Assembly (NCBI RefSeq): GCF_018977255.1
Contig: NW_024704743.1
Coordinates: 108,936,001 to 109,000,000, forward strand
DNA: 64,000 nt
Source: Callorhinchus milii
Taxonomy: Eukaryota
Direction of reading: 5' to 3'
The stretch's first letter is position 1, and each line of letters opens with the position of its first letter. Shown piece by piece: positions 13,545-24,246 of the stretch. The notes beneath the pieces are model-generated. The model did no database searches. It had not been told where the DNA came from and worked only from the letters and a program-made list of their open reading frames with translations. The position numbers and the translations under genes were made by a program.

Positions 13545-16500
13545 GAGCAGAGAGTCCAGCAGTTTGAGGAGGGAACTGAGTGAGGTGGAATAAAGTGAGA
13601 ATTCCGATACGAAATTTGGTGAGAGTGGGAATTCGGTGCAGAGGGGGAAAGAGGTGCATAATTATAACATAATATTTATATTAAAACAATATAAAACATG
13701 TCTGAGAATATGGCAGGACAGCGGAGACCAGTTGCATGCACAATATGTGCCATGTGGGAACACCAGGATGCTTTGTGTGCCCTGAACAGACACGTGTGTA
13801 GGAAGTGCCTCCGGCTGCTCGAGTTTCTGAGTTTGCGGAGAGGCTGGTGTCACTACATAGTATACGGGAGGCTGAAGAGTTCATGGATTGAACATTTCTG
13901 GAGGTGGTCACCCCACAGCGAGTTCAGGAGAGTGAGTGGGTGACCACCTGGTATGGAAGGGAGGACGGTCAGTGCAGAATTCCCCTGAGAGTGCAGCACT
14001 CACAAGCTGGTGCTCTGCGCTGAATACCAGTCAGGGTGATGACACCTCCGGGGAGGGGAGCTGAAAACAAACGGATGCACAGGGGATCACAGGGAAGAAT
14101 GTCAATGCAATTGTCAATGGGGACACAATGGTGAAAGGAGTAGACAGGCGTTTCTGCAACCAAAGATGTGACGCTCGCAAGGTGTGTTGCCTCTGCAGTT
14201 GGAAGGGGAGCATCCAGAAGTCGTGGTCCATGTTGGGATCCATGACTTGGGGAAAAAAAGGGCAGAGTTCCTACAGGGAGAGTATCAGAAGCTAGGGAAA
14301 AAGCTAAAGAGTAGGACCTCCAAGGTGGTGATTACTTCCAGTGCCTCGTGCAAGCGAGTATCAAAACAGCAGGATCAGACACATGAATGAATGGCTGGAG
14401 AAATGGTGCGGAAAGGAGGGCTTCAGGTTCCTGGATAATTGGGATCAGTTCTGGGGCAGGTAGGACCTGTACAAGGTGAATGGGTTACACTTGAGTAGGG
14501 CTGGGACCAATGTCCTCACAGGGAGGTTAACTTGTGCTGTGGGCAAGGATTTAAACTAATTTTGAGGGGAGAAGGGAATCAGGATGCAGCATTAGAGGGG
14601 ACAAACAAGTTACATAGAGGGCTGGGAGAGATGAATAACAATGTAATAAGAAGTAATCCAGAAAAAGGAGGGTTTAGACGGGGGAGAAATTCAGAACAGA
14701 CTAAGTCAGTCTTGGAGTGCATTTGCATAAATGCAGAGTGTGACAAATAAGATTGGTGAGCTGCAGGCTCAAGTGGCCACGTGAGGTTATGATGTAGTGG
14801 CAGTAATGGAGACCTGGTTCAAACAAGGGCAGGAATGGGAGCTGAATATTCCTGGCCACAATGTATTCAGGAGGGATAGGGAAGGAAAAAAAGGGAGGTG
14901 GCAATATTGATTAAAGTCACAATTACGGCCCTGGAAAGGGGCAATGTGCTAGAGGGTCCAAAAACAGAATTTATTTGGTTAGAGTTAAGGAGCAGAAAAG
15001 GAGCTGTTACTCTGTTAGGTGTATTATAGACCACCAAATAGTGGGAAGGAGATAGACAAGCAAATCTACAAGCAGATTTCAGAAAGATGCAAAACCAATA
15101 AAGCATTGATAATGGGAGACTTATCCTAATATAAACGGGCAAAATAAATAGTATAAAGGGCAAGGATTCCTGAAATGTGTGCAGGATAAATTTCAGGATC
15201 AGTATGTTTCCAGCCCAACACAGAAGGAAGCAGTGCTGGATCTAGTTCTGGGGAATGAAGTGGGGCAAGTAGAACAGGTTTCAGTAGGAGAGCATCTGGA
15301 CAACATTGGGTTTAGAGTACTTATGGAAAGGGACAAGGAGCAATCAAAGGTGAGGATACTCAATTGGAAGAAGACTAATTTCACTGAGTTAAAAAGGGAC
15401 CAAGCCAAGGTGGACTGGAAAGAAAGATTGGCAGCTAAAACAGCTAACGAGCAATGGGAAGCCTTCGAGGAGGAGATAGTTCGGAGACAGAATAAATACA
15501 TTCCCACAAAGGGGAAAGGTAGGGAATCTAAACCTCCTGGATGAATAAGGAAATTTGGATTAAAATAAAACAGAAAAAGGCAGCTTATGATAATTGTCAG
15601 GTCCAAAATACAGAATATAATCAAATAGAATATAAAAAGTACAGGGGAGAACTGAAAAAGAAAATACAAAGGGCAAAGAGATTGTATGAGAAAAGATTAG
15701 AGTTAACATAAAAGGGAAACCTAAGGTATTTTATAAGCATATAAAGAATAAAAGATTAGTCAAAGGTAGGGAGGGTCAAATTAGGGACCAAAGAGGAAAT
15801 CTTCTTGTGGAGGCAGAGGGCTGACGTAATGAATGAGTACTTTGCATCTGTCTTCACAAAAGGAGAGGATGCAGCCAATGCCATAGTATCGGACGAGAGG
15901 GTAGAGAAATTGGATAAAATAAGAATAAACAGAGAAGAGGTACTAAAATGGTTGTCAGAGCTCAAGGTAGATAAGTCACCCGGTCTGGACGTGATGCCTC
16001 CTGGGTTACTAGGATAGTAGCAGACGGCAAATGGACATAGACAGACTGGTAAAATGGACAGACATGTGGCAGATGAAGTTTAATGTGGAGAAATGCGAAG
16101 TGATGGATTTTGGGACGAAGAATGAGGAGAGGCAATATAAGCTGATGGTACAATCTTAAAGGAGGTGAAGGAACAGAGAGACCTGGGGGTTCATATAAGT
16201 AAATCTTTGAAGGCGGCAGGACAGGTAGATAAAGCTGTTAAAAAAGCATATGGGATACTAGGCTTTATAATAATAATAATAATCCTTGCATTTGATATAG
16301 CGCTTTTCACGTCGGGAGGACGTCCCAAAGCGCTTCACAGAACACACTGTAAAGTGAATTGACTGTATATTTGTGGGCGAACGCGTCAGCCAATTGCGCA
16401 CAGCAATGTCCCACAAACAGTCGCAGATTGAAAATGACCAATTTATTATTGTTTTTGGTTTTGGAGGGATTATTATTAGGCTCTGTGTGGAGTAAGGAAA

Positions 16501-17137
16501 CTTGCCCAAGGTTTCGCCCTCTGCCTGGAATTGAACTCAGGTCTCTCACTTGCAAAGCGAGTGCTCTAACCACTGAGCTACAGGACTCCACAAATAGGGG
16601 CACAGAATACAAAAGTCAGAAAGTTATGAAGAACCTTTATAAAACGCTGGTTAGGCCTCAGCTGGCGTACTGTGTTCAGTTCTGGGCACTACACTTGAGG
16701 AAGGATGTCAAGGCATTGAAGAGGGTGCAAAGGAGATTTACCAGGATGGTACCATGATTGAAGGACTTCAGTTATCAGGAGAGGCTAGAGAAGCTAGGAT
16801 GATTATTCTCCTTTGAGCAGAGAAGGTTAAGAGGAGACTTAAAAGAAGTTTTCAAAATTATGAGGGAATTCGATAGGGTGAACAAGGAGAAACTATTTCC
16901 ACTGGGAGGTGGGTAACCCAAGGACACCGATTTAAAATAGTTGTTAAAAGAAACAGAGGGCAGATGAGGAGAATTTTTTTCACACAGCGAGTTGTTGGGA
17001 TCTGGAATGTATTGCCTGAAAGGGTGGTGGAAGTCAATTCGTTAAAAGCTTTTAAGAGAGAAGTAGATAATTATTTGGGGAGGACAAGTTTGCAGAGCTA
17101 TGGGGAAAGACTGGAAGAGTGGGATTGAATTCTATGA
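13545..17137 (+). mobile_element. Near full-length but defective CR1 LINE (ORF1 zinc finger plus SGNH esterase; ORF2 endonuclease; RT core deleted), antisense in an ARMC1 intron
   Basis: ORF1 shows CTIC...CRKC, a GDT motif, VVVHVGIHD and GLHL. ORF2 shows AVLDLVLGNE, NEYFASVFT, KSPGLD, QRDLGV and LYKTLVRPQLAYCVQFW. Multiple frameshifts and stops; boundaries approximate. Confidence 0.92.
16266..16589 (-). mobile_element. Full-length tRNA-derived DeuSINE-like SINE nested in the CR1
   Basis: Minus-strand head GGAGTCCTGTAGCTCAGTGGTTAGAGCAC...GAGTTCAATTCC has A and B boxes. It continues into GCTGTGCGCAATTGGCTG (Deu-like core, from recall), a LINE-like 3' tail and (TTA)n. Confidence 0.92.
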
Positions 17138-18644
17138 ACACAATCCCACAGGAAATCAAAGATACTGGTGCTATACCAGAGGGAGTGGGGATTATGATGG
17201 AGTTCCCTTGGAGGTTCCCTCATTCCTAAAAGAATTACCAATCTACAAACGTTTATTATAATACTTACATTTGATATAGAGCCTTATATTGATGCCTCAA
17301 AAGGCTTCAGTTTTTTTGTAAGTATAGTGGCTGTATTTGTAGATGAACACGAAAACCAGTTTGCACTCAGCCCTGTACTACAACCAGCCACAAAGTGAAT
17401 AACCATTTTTTTTTAATTCTGGGGAATTATTGGCCAGAACACAGAGAAATTCCCTTCTCTTTTCAAATGCCACGGGAATTTTAACATTCACCTGAGTAAC
17501 CTCAGTTTAACATCTAATTGCAAGACAGCACCTCCAACACTGCAGAGTTCCCTCAGCGCTGCATCAGAGTATCAGTCTCTAGACGTGATAGGGGCTTGAA
17601 CGTGTAACTCTCTGACTCCTAGACTACTAAATTGAGCGGGACTGACTCTTTAAAATATTACATTTATAGAACAGGCTTACAACACATTGAAATCACAAGC
17701 ACATACTGTATTTAGCCAATAATTGGACAGCAACTGTTCTGCACAATACTGTTTCATTCAGTTAAAAATTTAGTTATTGAAAAAAAGAAGTGTGCAATTC
17801 TCTTCTAGATCTTCTTGTACTGTACTAATTTATGCATTTTCAACAAATACATACTGTCAAGGAAACATACACACAATGTCAGAGGATGCAGTTTGTAAAG
17901 TTTTAGTTAAGAGCTAGAGTTTAAGCTGCATACGTCAAATAAGAAATTTTACATACAGCATATTTTTAGCCACAGAAACAATAAACAATGATAACTCAGC
18001 TATAACTTACTATGCAATTCTTGCGTGATCCTGAAAGTAAAAGGTCGTAGTGGTAGTGTAATACAAGTACTAACCTAATGCAACATTAGCAGGACTTGGG
18101 GTCTCAAAAGCTTTGTTATTAATCTGCCAATGCTAAGTAGCGCTAATGTACTTCACAACAGACAGCAAAATAAAAAAGTACATTAAGAATATCTCACACC
18201 TCCTCGTGGCCAGCTTCAAAGCAGCTTAGTAGGTTGGGGGAAGAATGAGAGATGACAAAAAGCCATTGAAGAAAGGAGAGAACATTTTTTAAAAAAAATA
18301 ATGGATAAATAGCCAAATGGTGTATAGTGTAGCTGTCAAATCTATGACCCGCCCTTTACTCACCTCCATATTTAATTTCTCCAATACCGACCTACTCAGC
18401 CTTGCCAACACAACCCTTCCCAATCCGAACCTACAGAAGCTTATTCTTTCCTATACCAGACTCCGTAAGTGTACCACTTCCATTCTTGATGGAGCCTATT
18501 TTTTCGATGTCCCCCACTATCAGCAGATGGGTCTTCAGCCTCTTTGCCTTCAGCTCTCCAACTTTCACTCTGAATCCCTCCACCGCTTTCAAATCCTTAT
18601 TAAAAATAAACCTCTTTGATTGCGCCTTCAGTCATTTCCTTCCA

Positions 18645-18800
18645 ACTACAACAACTTGCGCTTATATAGCGCCCGCCACGCAAGATAGCGTTTCAGAGCG
18701 CTTAACAGTGGCTGAGCCTGACTCGGGGGGAACATAAGCACGGTCAAAGAGGAAGGTTTTCAAGCAGGACAAGGCGGAAGGATTGAGGAAGAAGTTTTGG
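18645..18800 (-). mobile_element. 3' end of a second L2-like family
   Basis: Similar to 52225-52400 and to the reverse complement of 59330-59462. Confidence 0.6.
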
Positions 18801-19075
18801 GGTGTAGTGAAGAACTACCTATCTTCCACTATGCTCAAGTTCCCACTCAATGTCTGAATTGCTTTGAGATGTTTAAGTTCTTGTGAGGAGCTATACAAGC
18901 ACAAGTTGTACAGTAGTAGTACCAGGAAAACAATCAAATATACTGAGGCAGTTTATGATGATTAACAGACTGCCAATACAGTAGAACACCATTACAATTT
19001 GCCCACGTAATGCTGGATCACTAAAAGGTGAGGGGTACTCTGTGGTCCTGAGCATGTGGACTGACCAATTACCCA

Positions 19076-19190
19076 GAGGTCAAAACATAGCCTACTTCCA
19101 AGTCATCAGGTCACCACTAATGTGGTGGGACGTGAGGTCAAAACGTGGCCAACTTACAAGTCATCAGGTCACCTATGATGTGGTGGGTAG
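19076..19190 (+). repeat. Two-copy 58-bp tandem duplication
   Basis: GAGGTCAAAAC...CAAGTCATCAGGTCACC...ATGTGGTGGG repeated with period 58. Confidence 0.9.
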
Positions 19191-19252
19191 GACAGTTGGC
19201 TTGTACAATAGATTTTGAAATGGAACGCAATGACCAGTACATTTGAACTTAC

Positions 19253-19414
19253 CAATAGGGCAGAGTAAACAACTTGAGGGTTTGGGTGATCCAAGAAAAG
19301 TATCAACCCAGGTAAACATCCCTGATCCTGGACAATTGGTCGTCTATTTAGAGGGTCAGATGCCAGATCTCGCAGCTGGTTTACTACTGCTAATGCATCA
19401 GGCTCACCACTCAT
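19253..19414 (-). CDS. ARMC1: ARMC1 first coding exon (MSGEPDAL...VVYSALL); exon probably begins at 19465
   Basis: ATG at 19414 in ACAATG context; GTAAGT donor at 19252; acceptor TCTTTCAG ends at 19466. Confidence 0.93.
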
Positions 19415-20179
19415 TGTGCCACCATCCACTTTGCCATATGTTTGACAACCTTGTGAATATTTTTTCTGAAAGACATAATACTTAATATTTAGTACATTCA
19501 GTACCCATCGATCACATTTACCAAAGGCTACAAATACATAAAAGTCCTTCACGAAGCAATGAAATGAATGTCAAAGTCCTCATTAGAATACCACACAAAT
19601 ATGTCTGTTTGATCACCAATATTGTATACGTTTAATTATTATAAGTCCTTCCTGGGTGTACCGGTTAATCACAAATATAAAATAAAAACGTAAAATTTAA
19701 CTTATGGTATAAACTATCATTCCCATGGTACTGGACAAAAAGAGAATGGAATGTGTCGTGGCCAATATTTCTCCAGATAAAATTGGTCATTCACTTCATG
19801 GCTGTTTGTGGGACTTTACTACACAAATCAGCTGCTGTGTTTGTCTACAAATTCAGTCATCAAAAATAAAAAAAATACGATTCAAAATTTCGCTCAAATG
19901 CCGAAAAATACGAAGGTTGTCCAAGAAGTCAAAGAAGAGGGGGGAAAAAAATCAACCTCTACCCATGTCATCAAACTGCTCAAAATAGCTTAGGAGAGGC
20001 ACTGTCCCGCGTGCCTGAGGGGAGGGAGGGAGGGGGGCGGTGTCGCTTTGACTGGACAAGTCTGAGGGTCGCGCCTGTCATTCCCAGTAATAAACCACAG
20101 CGCCGCCGCTTCACCTTAAGGGCGAAAAGCAGCGATCGAGAAGCGGCCAGAAACGCACTTAGCCCAAACAAACCTCGGG

Positions 20180-20703
20180 CCTGCCGGGCCGGGGAGGGCA
20201 GGGCAGGGAGGCCGGGCCGGGGAGGGCAGGGAGGCCGGGCAGGGCCGGGCAGGGGGGCCGGGCCGGGCAGGGGGGCCGGGCCGGGCAGGGGGGCCGGGCC
20301 GGGCAGGGAGGCCGGGCCGGGAGGCCGGGCCGGGCCGGGAGGCCGGGCCGGGCAGGGCAGGGGGGCAGGGCAGGGAGGCAGGGCAGGGCGGGCCGGGAGG
20401 CCGGGCAGGGCAGGGAGGCCGGGCAGGGCAGGGAGGCCGGGCCGGGCCGGGAGGCAGGGCCGGGCAGGGCAGGGGGACAGGACAGGGCAGGGAGGCCGAG
20501 CAGGGCAGGGAGGCCGGGCAGGGAGGCCGGGCCGGGCAGGGCAGGGGGACAGGGCAGGGAGGAAGGGCAGTGGGGCAGGGCAGGGGGCAGGGCAGGGAGG
20601 CCGGGCGGGCCGGGAGGCCGGGCGGGCCGGGAGGCCGGGCAGGGCAGGGCAGGGAGGCCGGGCAGGGCAGGGCAGGGAGGCCGGGCAGGGGGACAGGGCA
20701 GGG
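20180..20703 (+). repeat. G-rich pentamer array (GGGCA / GGGCC / GGGAGGCC units)
   Basis: About 520 bp made almost entirely of GGG runs separated by 1-5 nt; nearly T-free on the + strand. Confidence 0.95.
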
Positions 20704-20801
20704 TAGTGAGGACGCGCGCGGCCTTCCCTCTATCACAGGGGACTCGGCGTTTCACCTCCAGTCGGGGTAGGACAGGGCCAGGCCCCGCCGGCAACGCTTA
20801 C

Positions 20802-21000
20802 CTTCACTCCCACCCGCCCACGCGACAACAAAGGCAAACGACGGCTTGAATACGTCAGCGGCCGCGAACCACCACCATCAGCTTCAACGGGTTCAGGGAG
20901 CTGACCGCGCGCGCGCACCGGGGGGATGGGGCGACGCCAACAGCGGCCGCGAGTTGAAGTTCAGGCAGAGCAGCGGGTGTCGGACTCTCCTCTCGTCAAC
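20802..21000 (-). other. ARMC1: Predicted non-coding exon 1 of ARMC1 (5' end approximate)
   Basis: Strong donor GAAG|GTAAGC at 20802/20801 inside a CpG island, downstream of CCAAT boxes. Confidence 0.6.
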
Positions 21001-21339
21001 CGCTTCACCAGGCCTGGCCGCACTCCCGCCATCCCGCTCATCCCATTGGTCCAGCAGCCCCGGCCAATCAGAGCACGGCTTACTGCGCTGCTTATGGCTG
21101 ATTGACAATACCAGAGAGAGTGAGACGCAAACTCGTTTATTATTATTATTATTATTTACATCTGCATTTGAAGCGCACGTTTTTTTAGTATTTCCAGCTT
21201 TTTTTTAAAAAAAGACAACTTTGTTTTGTAAACAACAACAGCAACGGTGGGGGGGGGAGAGGGGCAGTGTTTGAATGTTTGCAGGTTCTGTGGGCGGTTG
21301 GTGCCGCCGCCGCTTCTGATTGGCTGAGACACACCGGAA

Positions 21340-21396
21340 GCAGCGTCACCGGGGTCTCGCGGCTGACAGTTAGCGCCGCCGCCGAGAGAGAAAGAG
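21340..21396 (+). other. MTFR1: Predicted non-coding exon 1 of MTFR1 (5' end approximate)
   Basis: Consensus donor GAG|GTGAGT at 21396/21397, just downstream of CCAAT and ETS motifs. Confidence 0.55.
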
Positions 21397-21987
21397 GTGA
21401 GTACAGCGCCGGCACCGGGGAGGGGGGGCACCGGGGGAGAGAGAGAGAGAGAGTGGAGCAAAGTAACCAGAGCCGCCTATAACACTGGCCGTGATTAGCG
21501 CCGGGCGGGAGGTAAAGAGTCTTTACGCTGTTGATCCCGGGGATGGAGAGGGTGATGTGCGCAGGTGGCGTGCGGCCCGCGGAGAGAGGTGTCCGGTCTG
21601 GCATCGGCGGCGGGGGCTGGACCACGAACCCCCCCCGCCCCGGGGAAGGCGGAGGGGGGGCAGCGGGATTGGACAGCGCTGTCCTGTACCTCTTGGCGGC
21701 GATGGCCGGAGGACCCGCGGCGACGTGATCGGTCTCCGATGTGTTTGTTGTCTCTGTTTGTGTGTGTGCAATGTCGGCAGTGGATGATGAGGCCGATCGT
21801 GGTGGTGAGTCTGTGTGTGTGTCAGTCTGTCCGGATGACTCATTCACTGCCCCTTTAGGAGATTTTTGAATTTGACGAAAATGTGTCTCTTTTCTTTCAT
21901 AGGGGCTATAATATATAATGGCTTCCAAGCTCCCGCTTTGGCACGGGTACACTTCCTGAGGATGGTAACCTTCTGGTGCAGTTATAA

Positions 21988-22053
21988 ATGTTTTTACTCC
22001 TCATTCAAATGATTAGAACGATGACGGAATACGCCGGAGTGGCAATGGATTCG
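21988..22053 (+). CDS. MTFR1: MTFR1 first coding exon (MFLLLIQMIRTMTEYAGVAMDS)
   Basis: 22 codons then a GTAAGT donor; same length as the recalled human segment; acceptor probably ends at 21902. Confidence 0.8.
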
Positions 22054-22124
22054 GTAAGTAAAACACTAATCTCGTACAATTGTCCCTCTGTTCTGTAAAA
22101 TCGGGATCTTAATTTGCAGCATTT

Positions 22125-22443
22125 ATTATCCTTGTATTTGATAATCCTTGCATTTGACACAGCGCCTTATCACGTCTTCGAGAAACGCGGCAGCCAATGG
22201 CGCACAGTGTCCCGCAAACAAATGTGGATTGAGTGACCAAATTATTTATTTTTTTTAATTATTCTGATGTGATAATTATCCCAGGAAAAGCAATCTGCCA
22301 ATCAACTAACAAACGGGTTCCTAGTTACTGCCAGATGAACAGACGCGTGTGGAGTAAGGAAACTTGCCCAACGTTTCGTCTTGCTGGGAATCAAACCCAG
22401 GGCCTCTCGCTTGCGAGGCGAGTGCTCTAACCACTAAGCTACA
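22125..22443 (-). mobile_element. tRNA-derived SINE (long variant, internal deletion)
   Basis: tRNA-like head at about 22380-22443; tail at 22125; shares its middle segment with the 57605 copy. Confidence 0.85.
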
Positions 22444-24078
22444 TTTCAAACAACAATTTGGTAATAAGAAATCCAGTCAGAATTTACAGTGCAGTTGAAT
22501 TTCCAAGGATCCTACTTTGTAGGTCTCCTGCACCACACTCTGCAGGTCCATCAACTGCTTTTTCGCTCAGCTCCATTTTCCCCATCTTCCAGCAAATCAA
22601 ATTCAGAATTTTCACCCTTCCCTTTAAGTGCCTCCGTGGATTCGCCGCACCCTACCTTTACGGCCCTATAGCCCATTATTCACTCCATTCAGCAAACACT
22701 AGTCTGCTTCACAGCCCCTGTGAGCTACTTCCAGTTACTGGAAGGAAACCCTATTTGCATAAATCAGATTTCTTATTGAAGAGTCCTGTTAAGAAACATC
22801 GGAAAGGTGACACAAATCTTACAATTTGAATTTAACTTTGTTTCTAACTTTATTGATAACAACAACAAATTGTATTCATGCAGTGCCCCAGAGCTCTTTA
22901 TCTATCTATAAATGTCTATGGGGTTCCATAAATAAACTTATTCATATAAATGATGCATTAATACAGGTAGCTTCAATCTGCAATTATCTGTGTGTGTGTG
23001 TTATAAGTCTCCATTAAATTCACTTTCTTCTCTACTTTCATTCCCCTCACACTCTTTTTGCTCGAACTTCTCACCCAAAGAAGGTGTTGGGTGCTTATAT
23101 TTGCTCCGACTGACCTGGAATTCAGTGAGGTTAAAAGTATAACTGTTCCCTAAATGTAGCTGCTCCCTTTTTTGTGCTCCTAAACTGGATAATTCTTCAG
23201 TACATTTCTGTCTAGTGACATTGATTATTAATTTTAAATGCTCTACTTCTAAAATCATAATTCTTGATGATTTCAGTGGTTACCATCAACTAGTTCTGCT
23301 TTGCTGTTCTATTTCAGGCAGGCACTTATGCTGAGCTCATGGCATGTTGAATGATCTTAATTACCTTATTCGGATTCCTGATTTGGCTGAGCAATGCAAT
23401 GAATCTCCTGGATCTTTTTCTCATCTCCAGTCTGAACTCTTATTACAGTTTTGGTGACTCATTGCTAGACAAACCACACCCAATCAATGAGAGCTAACTT
23501 GTTAACAATTTAAACTACTGCTGCCTTTTTCTGGTATTCACGTAAGAAATGTGCCTCTCTTCCCTTCAAACTACCCCCAAGACTTTTATACTTATAGGCG
23601 TTGTCTCTCAAATTATCCATCACCCTTGAGAGCTCCTACCAAACCCATGATGGTGGTTATTGTTTGATCATGCATGCTTACTGTCTTTTTATTAAGTTTC
23701 CCACTCTGCTCTTGGAACACTCATAATATTTGTCAATGGCTTGGATCTCTACACAGCCTTTGATGGGCTGGCATAGTATCCTACTAAGACATTGTCATTA
23801 TATGATATTTCATCATTTTTGTTCCTGACTAGTTTTGTCTAACTTCTTACCTCCAGCCATCTCTTCTACAATCTACATCATTTTAAACTTGAACCCACAA
23901 CCTTCTGACTCGAAGCGAGAATGCTACCAACTGAACCAGGCTAACAAAGATGGTTATACGTATGCTAATATGTAGAACGTTATTTGACCCTTCACCTAGT
24001 TTCCAAATTTAGAATAACAACAAGATTACATTTGTATAGCACCTTTCACGTTGGGAGGACATCCCAAAGCGCTGATAA

Positions 24079-24246
<168 letters not shown>

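Larger units (their letters stand above)
2397..20802 (-). other. ARMC1: ARMC1 gene span (stop codon to first-exon donor); CDS join 19253-19414, 11119-11210, 6184-6373, 5709-5825, 4948-5022, 2397-2588 = 275 aa
   Basis: The spliced translation [25 protein letters not shown]...[16 protein letters not shown]...[25 protein letters not shown]...FLSRSFYW matches armadillo repeat-containing protein 1 as I recall it. All introns are GT-AG with consistent phase. Confidence 0.96.
20700..21850. promoter_or_regulatory. CpG island / bidirectional promoter of ARMC1 and MTFR1
   Basis: High GC and CpG density. CCAAT boxes at 21045-21049 (-), 21064-21068 (+) and 21319-21323 (-). ETS/GABP-type CCGGAAG at 21334-21340. 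Divergent first-exon donors at 20802 and 21396. Confidence 0.8.

Noticed and set aside
16515..16589. Apparent tRNA-Ala gene (similar heads near 22380-22443, 48235-48304 and 57895-57966)
   Set aside because: These are SINE heads continuous with the SINE body and tail; the acceptor stem is not intact.
19415..19552. N-terminal extension of ARMC1 suggested by ORF 19169..19552
   Set aside because: It crosses the acceptor at 19466 into intron 1 and has no in-frame ATG upstream of 19414.
20011..20794. Long Gly/Arg-rich and Pro/Cys-rich ORFs (231, 206 and 211 aa)
   Set aside because: They are by-products of a nearly T-free G-rich repeat that cannot contain stops; no domain or splice support.
21185..21952. 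255-aa minus-strand ORF and other overlapping ORFs in the CpG island
   Set aside because: GC-rich promoter and 5' UTR sequence, low-complexity translation, non-ATG start and no recognisable family.
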